Below the pieces are notes generated by a model. It saw only the letters and a list, made by a program, of their open reading frames with translations, had not been told where the DNA came from and did not search any database. The position numbers and the translations under genes were made by a program. DNA of 64,000 nt from Octopus bimaculoides (taxonomy: Eukaryota): the NCBI RefSeq assembly GCF_001194135.2, contig NC_068996.1:25984491-26048490 (forward strand). The letters are read 5' to 3'. Positions 26,761-36,954 of this stretch are shown in pieces. Position 1 is the stretch's first letter. Every line of letters begins with the position of its first letter.

Positions 26761-27074
26761 CCACATTGCCTTTGAAAATGACGGGGAGCATCTTTTTAGC
26801 AAATAAATAAAAGAAAAATTGCAGAAAATGATGTTTGAAGTGTAAGTAATAAGATGGCAAGAAAATTAAAATTCCAGTTTCAATATTAAATTCTAACCAT
26901 TTCTGACCTGTACTCCAAAATGAAAATTATTTCATTTGCAGGAAGATTTGAAGTTTAGAAACATGTCACTAAAGAATAGGTAATATTTTTTTTAGTTCTA
27001 TATGAATATTGCAATAGTATCAGTTATATCTAGATAAAGTCTAGAAATCATTATAGATTATTTGGAGGAAGAGG

Positions 27075-28212
27075 GAATACTTTCTAAACACAAAAAATTT
27101 ACCTGTCATAAATTGATCAGATTCATAAAATGCCAGAAGAGTCATGGATGAAGAGGTAAGTTTTGGTCTTTCTTTTTTTTTTTGTTTTTCAGCAGCAACA
27201 GCTAGAGAGAGAAATTCATAAACACAGTGTTGAATATGGTCTCACTATGGAAAATGTTAAATGTGATTTGGCTGTCTTTTTAATATTTTCTCCCCATAAT
27301 CACATTTAATTGAGTAATGATTTAACACATGCACACACACACACAAAAAAAATGCCATCTGAAATTGTTAAAGAAATTCATAAATATGAGGTTGAAAAAT
27401 GTTCTTTTTCTTTTCTTAGTGAAATGTTTCTCCCATCGTTTTAAAAATGCATAGTCCCCACAAAATTGACCAAAATTGGTCGGGGTGAGGGGAAAATCAT
27501 CATGTGTAGTGTCCACAAAATCAACTGAAATTGGTCCGAGGAGAGGGAATCATCATGTGTAGTGCCCATAGAATCAACTGAAATTGGTCTAGGGAAAGGG
27601 AATCATTGTGTGTAGTGCCCACTGAATCGACCGAAATTGGTTCAGTGAGAAGGAATCATCGTGCGTAGTGCCCACAGAATCGACTGAAATTGGTCTGGGG
27701 AGAGAGAATCATCGTATGTAGTGCCCACAAAATTGACTGAAATTGGTCCACAGGGTTTAAAAGAAATATTTTTTTTAAATTTTGGAATACAAATTTTTAT
27801 CCCATCGTTTTTAAGTGCGTAGTGTCCACCAAAATAGACCAAATTCGGTCCAAAGGATGTCGGGTAGAAAAAAAATTATCATGGGTAGTGCCAACAACAT
27901 TGACCAAAATCGGTTGGATGTGGTGGGGTAAAGGAAAAACATTTTTCAAAAGTTTTTTACTAAAAAGATGCTTTTAGGAATACTTTCTTAAACACAAAAC
28001 TTCACCTGTTGTAAGTTGTTGAGATTCATTAAATACCAAAGAGTTGTGTATAAAAAGGTAAGTTTTAGTCATTTTGTTTTGTTTTGTTTTCAGCAGCAAT
28101 AAGGAAAGAAATTCATAAACGTGGTGCTGAATATGGTTTCACTACGCATAAAGTTAAGTGCAATTTAGCTGTTGTTTAATATCTTCTCCCCATAAACGTA
28201 TTTAATTGGTAC
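27075..28212 (+). repeat. Pair of ~240-bp diverged direct repeats (27075-27320, 27980-28212) flanking a minisatellite
   Basis: Both copies read AATACTTTCT(T)AAACACAAAA...AGGTAAGTTTT...TTTTCAGCAGCAA...GAATATGGT...CTCCCCATAA. Confidence 0.8.
27450..27925 (+). repeat. 53-bp minisatellite (about 5.5 copies plus about 2 diverged)
   Basis: TTGG(T) recurs at 27476, 27531, 27584, 27637, 27690 and 27743; unit AATTGGTC..GG.GAG.GAATCATCRTGYGTAGTGCCCACAGAATCRACTGA. Confidence 0.9.
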
Positions 28213-28325
28213 TACTTAAAGGCAGAGGTAAAGAATATGTACACCATCCATTTTCAGTGTAACAAAAATCCTAACCCTAAACACGAGGTGTACGTATTCT
28301 TTACTTTTTCCCTACATAAATATCA

Positions 28326-28703
28326 AGGTCCCGATGCATCTATGTAATGGTATAAAGGGGAGGTAATCTAGTTTTATCAAAACTACTGTGACTTCACATA
28401 AGCAGCCCCTGTATAACTTGAAACTTAACCCTAACCCCTAACTAACCTCTAACTGGTAGAGGTAAAGAATAATGTACACCACCCTAACCCTAATCCTGAC
28501 CACCCTAATCCTGACCCTAACCCTAAACCCTAACCCTAACAAGTATGCACTGTAAAAGCATCAGATTAAAAACAGATGATATTGTGGGGTAAAAGATCGG
28601 AGTGAAAACAGACGATATTGTGGAGGCTTTTACATCATTAACTGTAGTTTTGGTAAAACTAGATTACCTCCCCTTCATATCATTACGTAATGCATTGGGA
28701 CCT
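28326..28703. mobile_element. MITE-like element with ~60-bp inverted arms and telomere-like (CCCTAA)n interior
   Basis: Arms 28326-28386 (AGGTCCC...GGGGAGGTAATCTAGTTTTATCAAAACTAC) and 28644-28703 (reverse complement). Degenerate CCCTAA repeats at 28426-28540. Confidence 0.7.
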
Positions 28704-28726
28704 CTGTATCGAAGTAGTGCCATTTA

Positions 28727-28860
28727 ATTTAAATTTAATATGTCAAAATATTTTTGTCACTTTGAGACCGCAACCTGTTCCATGCAGCACGGAATTTTGT
28801 CAGTGAACAGGCTGCAATCTCAAAGCAATGAAAATATATTTTGATGAATTAAATTTAAAT
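28727..28860. repeat. Palindrome with ~55-bp arms
   Basis: 28727-28780 (…CTTTGAGACCGCAACCTGTTC) pairs with 28805-28860 (GAACAGGCTGCAATCTCAAAG…). Confidence 0.75.
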
Positions 28861-30223
28861 GTTGAAGTGAATTTAATGGTTTTTATGTGTTTTTAAATGG
28901 CTTATAAACACCTTCCGTGCTGCAATTGTTTTTGTTTCAGTACACAATTTCAGATCATGTCACTTGCTATGCGAGTACATCTCCGTAATTCATTTAATTG
29001 AATAATGGAAAAAGAAAGGGTTTAAGAAAAATGAAAATGCCATCAGTATTGTTCAGAAAGATGCTCCCCTCATTTCCAAGGGCACCGCGAAAAAAATAAT
29101 CTGAAAAATCTCCCATCAAAACCGAGAAGTTCCAGCTTGTGTGTGCTACCTATTGCTGACGTCTGCCTATAGAATACCAGTTTTCATGGCATTACTGTTT
29201 TTAATTTCCATTCTTCAGATTTAAGTTGCATTTCGTGTTCAATGAATTTTCATTTGTTCAATTATGGTCAGTAAAGAAATAAGAATGTTGTCAATTTAAA
29301 ACAATAATCCTCTTCTTATTTAAGACATGATTATTTTCACTTGGTCACATGTTAACTGAGTATTTAGTAACGTCCATTTAAAAGCATCCAATTCCTTAAG
29401 ACTATTCTGCAAAATAGTTATGGCAAGTACTGTAATAACCATTTACTTCAAGTTGGAATCTCTTTCTGTTCAAACAAACTGTCGTCACTATTGAGTCAGG
29501 TCTTGACTCTTAGAGGGATAAACTTTGTGCTAATTCTTTCATTTACACAAACAAATTCCTTTAAATACTTTTAAACAATGGAGTACTTCAGTAACACTTT
29601 TCCTTTTCTTTTTGCAATTTGCGTAATGTTATTGCTAAAAAATATTGAAAACTGTGAATAAGAAATGAGTAAGCTTTGCTCAATTGATTATTGCAAAAGG
29701 AAAAAAGTCAAGATGAATTTTCAGTGTCTTTTCTTTCAAATTAGAGTAGGATTTTTGTGCATTGAAAAAGTGAAGATTTTTTCCATTGCATTCTTTAACA
29801 AGAACCATGAGTTGTAAAATGTGGGAGAATTTGAAAAATCACAAAACATTTTTTTGCTATTTTTTAAAAAGTTCATGACAATTATTTCAACATCAGCTAC
29901 GATTTGAGCAGAATTTTACACACAATATGAGCTAGTCAGAAGGCGGTGAGCTGGCAGAAATGTTAGCATGCCAGGCGAACTGCTTAGTGGTATCCCATCT
30001 CTGTGAGTTTACACGTGAGTTTATGCTGAAATATTTATTGAATTGTTGCCATTGTTATTTGATTTGAATTTTGTTAGAACTGTTGCTGTTGTTAATTTGC
30101 TAATTGTTTTTTTTTTTTTCGTATTGTGGGAAAATGGAGAAGATGCAGGAGGGAGGCCCAAGTTATGCAGCCGCAACAAGCAGAGAAGTGGACGTGTAAG
30201 AGCTGGAGATCCACAAGATAAAG

Positions 30224-31087
30224 GTGGAGCCTCGAAAGATGAAGGAGAGTGAAAAATTAATCTCAAAAGAAGGTAACACTCTGAAATTAATGCCACCTGA
30301 AGAGACTTCGGCCATTGTGTTAAGAAAAACTGTGATATTCAAAACCATGAAGAGAGCTACAAGAAAAATAGAGGTTGCACTGATAGAAGCCATAGAGGAG
30401 TGTATCAAGGAATTGAAAAGACTTACAAGCTACATTATGAGAGGGAGAAAATACACCACTGTGGAGGTGCACTTCACAACAGAGGAGGAAGCAATAAAGC
30501 ACTCCACAGAGGCTATAAGGTCAGAAGAATGGATGCTCCTGCCTTCGTACTGCGGCAAACGTGTGGCCAAAGTGCGAGTGGATAGGGTGCCACCCGAATT
30601 AAAGGAAGAATGGCTGATGACAGCAATAACATATAATATGAAGGATGGGAAGATTCTGAAGGCTACCAGGACCCAGAAGGTAAACTACTGGAGATATGGT
30701 ATCGAATTAACGATTCAGGCAACAACGGAGGACTTGAATAGTGTGGTGGATGAGATTGTGCTGCCAGAAGATGTAAGATTGAGAATCAGTGTAGAAGGAA
30801 GGCCGCTGATATGTTTCACATGTGGAGAGAGGAGCCACATGAAGGCGTGGTGTGCCCAAAGAGTACAAAAAGCAGAACAGGTGGAGAGACAGGAGAGTGT
30901 GGACCAGATTATCGTAACAGAAAAAGAAACAGAGAATGGATTTACTATGGTTAAAAAGAAAAGAAGGAGGAGCGGAGGGATGAATTCTCTGCCAGAGAAG
31001 CAGAAAAAGAAGAGAGAAGAGGTGAGAAAAGGAACTGTGAAGGAGGTCAGTAGGAAGGAAGAAAAAGGGAAAGTAAAAAGAAAGTGA
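30224..31087 (+). CDS. Tx1/L1-type ORF1p (gag-like nucleic-acid-binding protein with CCHC zinc knuckle), probably pseudogenised
   Basis: CFTCGERSHMKAWC (CX2CX4HX4C) preceded by SVEGRP, RRM-like TVEVHFTTEEEA and KVRVDRVPPEL segments, and a basic tail. The likely true ATG is 30134 (MEKMQEGGPSYAAATS) with one in-frame TAA at 30197-30199. Confidence 0.8.
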   Translation: MEPRKMKESEKLISKEGNTLKLMPPEETSAIVLRKTVIFKTMKRATRKIEVALIEAIEECIKELKRLTSYIMRGRKYTTVEVHFTTEEEAIKHSTEAIRSEEWMLLPSYCGKRVAKVRVDRVPPELKEEWLMTAITYNMKDGKILKATRTQKVNYWRYGIELTIQATTEDLNSVVDEIVLPEDVRLRISVEGRPLICFTCGERSHMKAWCAQRVQKAEQVERQESVDQIIVTEKETENGFTMVKKKRRRSGGMNSLPEKQKKKREEVRKGTVKEVSRKEEKGKVKRK

Positions 31088-31500
31088 AGTTACCAGTAAA
31101 GATACTGGTTGTTCCAGTGGAGAAAGAATCAGAAATACAACTGCAGGAAGGAGAGTTGGAGAGATTATTTAGGATAGAGGAAGGAAAAAGAAAACAAAAA
31201 GTACAAAATAAAGGAAAGAAGATACGAGGAGGAGATAGGGTGTGGTATTATGTGACATACCCAAAGAATGTAGAAACAGAAAAAAAGATTATTAAGTTTA
31301 ATTCAATAGTAAGAGTGAAGGTGCCTTCATACGTCTATGCGGAGGATACGAAGGCAATACTGATTGAAGAAGAGAACTACAGAAAGTTGAAAGAGATGTG
31401 TGGAGATAGTGTTGACCCACCAGGAGTGGAGGTGGAATTCAAGGAGTTGCCACCAGTGGTGAATCTGAGAGATATTGAACCACTGATGAAGTTCTATTAA
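31084..31500 (+). CDS. 138-codon open frame, probable frameshifted C-terminal domain of the same ORF1 protein; function unknown
   Basis: Stop-free and codon-like (GGDRVWYYVTYPKN...IIKFNSIVRVKVPSYVYAEDTKAILIEEENYRKLKEMCGDSVDPP). Overlaps the end of the upstream ORF at an A-rich tract. Not an APE endonuclease start. Confidence 0.55.
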   Translation: MKLPVKILVVPVEKESEIQLQEGELERLFRIEEGKRKQKVQNKGKKIRGGDRVWYYVTYPKNVETEKKIIKFNSIVRVKVPSYVYAEDTKAILIEEENYRKLKEMCGDSVDPPGVEVEFKELPPVVNLRDIEPLMKFY

Positions 31501-32086
31501 AAGAGGTAAAAATAATGTATATTAAATGATGTTAGTTTTAGGAAAATAATGGTGATAAAGTAGGAAAAAAAAAAGAACAATTGTAGACAGTACATATAAT
31601 GGTTCAAATGGTACCGCATGGGAGTGAAGCCAATGTGGCCATTTTCATTTTTTTCATTATTATATAATTTCATCCCATTTACATTCGTTTTATGTTTTTT
31701 GTTCTCACTGTGGTCTTGTCTGTCCTTGTGGTGTCTGCATCTGTGTTTTGGGCTTTATGCCTAATAAAGAAATCGGTATTTTGTCTGGCTTTATGTTCTA
31801 ACTTTGCCTTTTATCCTTTTGAGGTTGATAAATTAACTACCAGTTGTGTACTGGAGGTCAATCTAATCGACTCCCCCTCCCCACAGATTTTGGGTCTTAC
31901 TGCGGTCAATCTAATCGACTCCCCCACTCCCCACAAATTTTGGACCTTGCACCTAGAATAGAAAAGAATATGAGCTAGTTGGCCAACCCTTCCCAGAATC
32001 CTTCAACTGACATTATTTACATCTATGCGCAAAAGTTCGCCATTATTTGCATTTGTAGACCTGCCACAAAAAGAGGATGGCAATAT

Positions 32087-32452
32087 GGTCTTTCACACTG
32101 GAAGAGGAAAGTGAGAGTGGAGAGGGAAGTGGTGTCTTCTTGCAAGTTTATTGAAAGGTGGGTGAATGTTAAAAGAATGGCCAGTGTGAAAGGACCAATT
32201 CTGAGTATACACCTGTAAAAAATAAAAGAAGGGCTCTTGCCCTATTGATCAGGCACCTGTGGCTTTTTCCGCAAGTAGCTATTAAAGCGCCTCTCTCTAT
32301 TGAGAATTTTATATTGTTTAATTTTTTTCTGTTATTTACTGTGTACACGAACATAAAAACCCATTGTATTGTCCAGTTTTTTTGTCTTTTAATGTTATTA
32401 TATATCCTTTTATGTTTGTATATATTAGTCCTTGTGGCCAATAAAAGAATAA
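32087..32452 (+). mobile_element. 5'-truncated Tx1 LINE: ORF2 C-terminus plus 3' UTR
   Basis: KRKVRVEREVVSSCKFIERWVNVKRMASVKGPILSIHL* (stop 32216-32218) resembles Tx1 ORF2 C-termini. UTR ends TAGTCCTTGTGGCCAATAAAAGAATA. Confidence 0.7.
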
Positions 32453-32689
32453 ATTATTATTACTGCTATATATTTCGGCCAAACATGAAAATTTACTTTC
32501 AGTTTTAGAAGCAGAAAATACTGTTGGAAGAAGAGAAGTCATTTCATTCTGAATGTATATGTATGTTTATGCAAATTTTTGTTTTCATGTTCGTTTTCTA
32601 CACATTTTTTTACACCTTGTGGACTAAGTTTTTTTTTTGTTTTGGTGACTGGGTGCTAAACTAGATCCTGAATTTTGCAACAGTCCTCT

Positions 32690-32950
32690 CCCCACCCTGT
32701 CGGAAAATATTTTCCCCACAAATTTCTTCATAATCGTAATCTATGCTGTTTGAAAAGTGTTTCTGATCGTGGGAATTTTCCGAAATCCTCTCCTCACCCC
32801 TACGGAAAACATATTCCCCACAAATTTCTTTATAATCGTAATCTATGCCATTTGAATGGTATTTCTATAAAATTTCGCTTATATCCATTTTCCTGAAAGT
32901 TTTAAGGGAAAAATCTGATCTTGTGAATTTTCCAAAAGTCCTCCCCACTC
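32690..32950 (+). repeat. Tandemly repeated modules related to the 33.7-34.3 kb foldback
   Basis: Two copies of TTCCCCACAAATTTCTT.ATAATCGTAATCTATGC and repeated GAATTTTCC.AAA.TCCTC.CC; also matches 34056-34200. Confidence 0.65.
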
Positions 32951-33678
32951 CCATATATTTCTTTACAGCTATTAGACTGTTTTTCTTTCTTTTTTTGGTG
33001 ACTGGGAGTTAAACTATATATTAACTGATAATTTTTGATGTTTAACAATCACTATTCTTTTCACTGTTGGATTTTGAGTCAATTTTTTCCCACACTAACG
33101 TCTAATTTGATAATTAGTTTCAAAAGAGTCTAAAATGGGGTAAAATGAGTAATGACTAATTTCAATAATTTCTCTTTAACTACATGAGGACAATCCAGCA
33201 GATCGTGAAGAAGCTATAGATAATATTCTGTTGAATTTATTTTATTTACTTATTTTTTTATTTTAGTCAAGTTACGTTAATTTTACCTCTTTCATTTGAC
33301 CTGATATAGTTTTTGTAAGGTAGTGAACATTTGGCTCAGTTAAAAAATGCAGTAAAAACACCCCATTTCACTCCACCCTTCTGTTCAATAAAGCTCAGAC
33401 TCAATTTTTTCAATATAGACAAAAAAAAAAATGGTTTTTTCCTTTTTAAAATTCCAAAAGGAAGAAAACTGTGAAACTTAGTATATTGTACAAATTTTTC
33501 CTTCTTAATATTTATTGTTTTCCATGCATGCTTTTTTTTCTTTTTATACTTTTATATATAGATTCTCTTTTTGACATACCTACACAAGTGTACTCCCCCT
33601 CCCTCCCACACACCAACTTTGTTTCCTCATAATTTTCAGAAAAATGGAATTTTCTAATGAAAATTTTCTAATGAAAAT

Positions 33679-34260
33679 TTTCTACCAATATGCTTCAGAT
33701 GGTATAAATTCAGATTATATCGGAATTTGTTGTGAAAAGATGTTTCCAGGTGTGGGAAGACAGGTTTCGGAAAATTCACATGAGTCAGTTTTGCTCAATC
33801 ATAACTTTCAGAAAAATGGGCTATTGGTTATTTTTTTTTATGAAATTTTCAACAAATACCTTTCAGAGTGTGTAGATTGTGACTTTATCGGAATTTGATA
33901 TGAAAAAAAAGAAAGAAAAAGATGTTGGATTCGTACGCATACATACTGATACATTTCACATATATCTACAAAACGGAACTTGATATTTCGAAAAAATATT
34001 TGTGATGTATGTCAATATGTATGCATGCATCTTCACCATTTTCTTTTTTTATGTTAAATTCTGATATAATCGTAATCTACACACTGAAAGGTATTTGTAG
34101 AAAGCTTCATAAAAAAGGTCCCATTTTTTCTGAAAGTTATAGGGAAATAAAGCTGACTTGTATGAATTTTCTGAAACTCCTCTCCACACAGTGGAAAATT
34201 TATTTCACAAAAGTTTCTGATGTAATTGGAATCGACACCATCTGAAGCGTATTTGTAGAA
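33679..34260. mobile_element. Foldback / long inverted repeat element
   Basis: Arms 33679-33896 and 34056-34260 are diverged reverse complements. The ORF track shows mirrored peptides (YASDGINSDYI on +, YASDGVDSNYI on -). Confidence 0.75.
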
Positions 34261-34983
34261 CATTTAATTAAGAAATTATCCATTTTTCTGTAAGTTAAGA
34301 AGAAACAAAATCAATTTATTGTTTTGCTCTTTTTGCGTTCATGTAAAGAGCTGGGAGGAGACTACTTGTAGCAGTGATTTAAACCCATCAGACACCATGA
34401 GTGAACCACCACAGTTCCACCTGATCGGTCTACTAAGCAACCAATTAGCCTGAAGCTGTAGTGTGAGTTGGCTTTCTAGAATGTTCCTTCTTTACCCTAT
34501 AAAACACCACTTGTAACTCTTCTTAATCATGGAATGTTGAAGGCAGTTGAGTGACATGCACCTCCATTCTTGTCATGCTGGCAGTTCCAGACATTTGCAG
34601 AGTCATCTCCAGGTTCTGAGAGAGACCCATTCTAATTGTTCACATGGTGTCTCATAAGATGCAGTGCAATTTTTCTTTCTCCCATTATGTAAATATTATT
34701 ATTATTATTAATTGTAAATGGCCAACAACAAATATTCTTATGTCTGGTAATAAATATTTCAGTTCACATATTCTGCTTCTGTTATTGTTCCCACAGTCAA
34801 TGAAATATACCCACATTACATCCACAAAGTACCAATGCAGCATAGTCTATAGACCTGAAGACAACATTTTGCAGTTTCTGTATGGTGTTTTTTTGCCAAA
34901 CTTACCACTGTGTTCAATATTGAAAATAAAATGATGTAGTCAACAATCAGCTTCTAAACAACCTCATTCTTTCTTCGTGAAAT

Positions 34984-35014
<31 letters not shown>

Positions 35015-35016
35015 CA

Positions 35017-35258
35017 TTATCATTGTTTAACATCTGTTTTCCATGCTGGCATGGGTTGGACAGTTTGACTGAGGTCTGGAAAGCCAGCAGTTGCACCAGA
35101 CTCCAATCTGATCTGACAATGTTTCTACAGCTGGATGCCCTTCCTAACGCCAACCACTCAGAGAGTGTAGTAGGTGCTTTTTATGTGTCACTGGCGCAGG
35201 ACCTAGTCAAGCAGGCTTGGCATTGATCACGTTTGGATAGTGCTTTTTACATACCATA
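35017..35258 (-). mobile_element. Family R (RTE-type) tail
   Basis: CTACAGCTGGATGCCCTTCCTAACGCCAACCACT, plus GTGCTTTTTA modules. Confidence 0.8.
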
Positions 35259-35505
35259 NNNNNNNNNNNNNNNNNNNNNNNNNNNNNNNNNNNNNNNNNN
35301 NNNNNNNNNNNNNNNNNNNNNNNNNNNNNNNNNNNNNNNNNNNNNNNNNNNNNNNNNNNNNNNNNNNNNNNNNNNNNNNNNNNNNNNNNNNNNNNNNNNN
35401 NNNNNNNNNNNNNNNNNNNNNNNNNNNNNNNNNNNNNNNNNNNNNNNNNNNNNNNNNNNNNNNNNNNNNNNNNNNNNNNNTATATATATATATACACATA
35501 CATAT

Positions 35506-35666
35506 GGACAGGCGTGGCTGTGTGGTAAGAAGCTTACTTCCCAACCACATGGTTTCAGGTTCAGTCCCACTGTGTGGCATCTTGGGCAAGTGTTTTCTAC
35601 TATAGCCTCAGGCTGACCAAAGCCTTGTGAGTGGATTTGGTAGGTGGAAACTGAAAAAAGCCCATT

Positions 35667-35698
<32 letters not shown>

Positions 35699-35937
35699 TT
35701 ATGTCTGTGTGTATCTTTGTGCCTGTTTTTGTCCTCCACCACCACCACTTGACAACCAGTGTTGGTGTGTTTGTGTCCCCATATCCTAGCAGTTCAGCAA
35801 AAGTGATTAATAGAATAAGTACTAGTCTTTAAAACAAAAATAAATGCCGAGGTCAATTCATTCAAGTAAAAAAAGAATTCAAGGCAGTGCCCCAGCACGA
35901 CTACAGTCTAGTGACTGAAACAAGTAAAAGAATAAAA
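35506..35937 (+). mobile_element. SINE family A, full length
   Basis: GGCGTGGCTGTGTGGTAAGAAGC head, GGTTCAGTCCCACTG B-box, CTTGGGCAAGTG block and AAACAAGTAAAAGAATAAAA tail. Confidence 0.88.
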
Positions 35938-36129
35938 AAATATTTCAGGATTTTGAGGTTAAATAATTTTATAGAAAGTTAGAAATCACAGAGGCATCTG
36001 TGGTGTATGCATGTAAAAAACACATAACTGGCTCAATGAGGAGTAGAAAACTTAGAGCATACATTGAAAATTCCAAAAACTCTGCCAAAAAAAGTGAAAT
36101 AGCATTTTATTTTTTTGAAATTATACAGG

Positions 36130-36815
36130 ATCTTTTTTGTTGCTGCCACATTTTGGAATTTTAAAATTAAGTGAAAATTTTCAAACTTGGTGTATTGGTG
36201 TAATTTATTATGCTGAATCAGATTGTTATTCATTTGTTCCAGGAAAATTTTAGAAAAATGTAACAGAGGTTTTAAGTTTGATCATTTAAACCAGTCAGAA
36301 AATAGGATTTGGAAGCTGACATTTTATGTATAATACATGTCTATTACAACATTACCGACAATGAACCTTTTGTTTTCCTTTTTTAAACAAAATAAAAGCA
36401 ACAGATGATGGAAGTTACAAGAGATTTTGAAGTTTTAATAAGTTTAAATGAATAAAGTAATGTGAAATGTTGGAACAGGCAAGGAAAAATCCTCAATGAA
36501 ATTCTTTTTGTCAAAAATTAAAAAAAAAAAAAATTCTGTAGTTCAGATCATGTAAACAATACAGTTTTTGTAGCAAAAATTCAGTCAAAATTTTGCAATA
36601 CACTAGGGTAAGTTAGGGTTGGGTTTAGGTCAGACAAGCCAGCGGATGACCTGGAGATAATAAACTAGTAACATGCTTTTAGTGAACATTTTCCTAGAGT
36701 TTTTCTGGAACAAGGGAATAACAAAATCAGATTCAGCATGAAAACTTGCGTCAATATGCCAAATTTGAAACTTTTAACTAATTTTAAAATTTCAAAATCT
36801 GTGACAGCAAGAAAG
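36130..36815. repeat. Inverted-repeat element with ~130-bp arms and a short TTAGGG-like core
   Basis: 36130-36262 pairs with 36685-36815; TAGGGTAAGTTAGGGTTGGGTTTAGG at about 36604-36629. Confidence 0.6.
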
Positions 36816-36923
36816 AGAAATTTTTTCTGTCTGATGAAAATAATCTAAAACAAATGTTTGAACAAACATGTAAACAATTTAAAAAGTAAAACTTCTCAGT
36901 GAAACTTTTGGGGGGAAGATTTC

Positions 36924-36954
<31 letters not shown>

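Larger units (their letters stand above)
29994..31773 (+). mobile_element. ORF1-only non-LTR retroelement of Tx1 type (HAL1-like)
   Basis: 6-bp TSD TGGTAT (29988-29993) / CGGTAT (31774-31779), 140-bp 5' UTR, gag-like ORF1, 273-bp 3' UTR ending AATAAAGAAAT. No endonuclease or RT sequence and no LTRs. Confidence 0.8.
29937..31966 (+). mobile_element. SINE family B variant (different tail), split by a 1.78-kb insertion
   Basis: Head at 29942-29993 and remainder at 31774-31966 join into the family B sequence. The whole is flanked by a 13-bp TSD AATATGAGCTAGT (29924-29936, 31967-31979). Confidence 0.9.

Noticed and set aside
27450-27925. CRISPR-like array
   Set aside because: Units are contiguous diverged tandem repeats without unique spacers, in eukaryotic DNA with no cas genes.
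28426-28540. True interstitial telomere / chromosome fusion site
   Set aside because: Short, degenerate and enclosed by MITE-like inverted arms.
30224-31500. Host zinc-finger gene or LTR-retrotransposon gag
   Set aside because: Intronless, bounded by a TSD inside a SINE, has a LINE-like 3' end, and no LTR, PBS, protease or integrase sequence is present.
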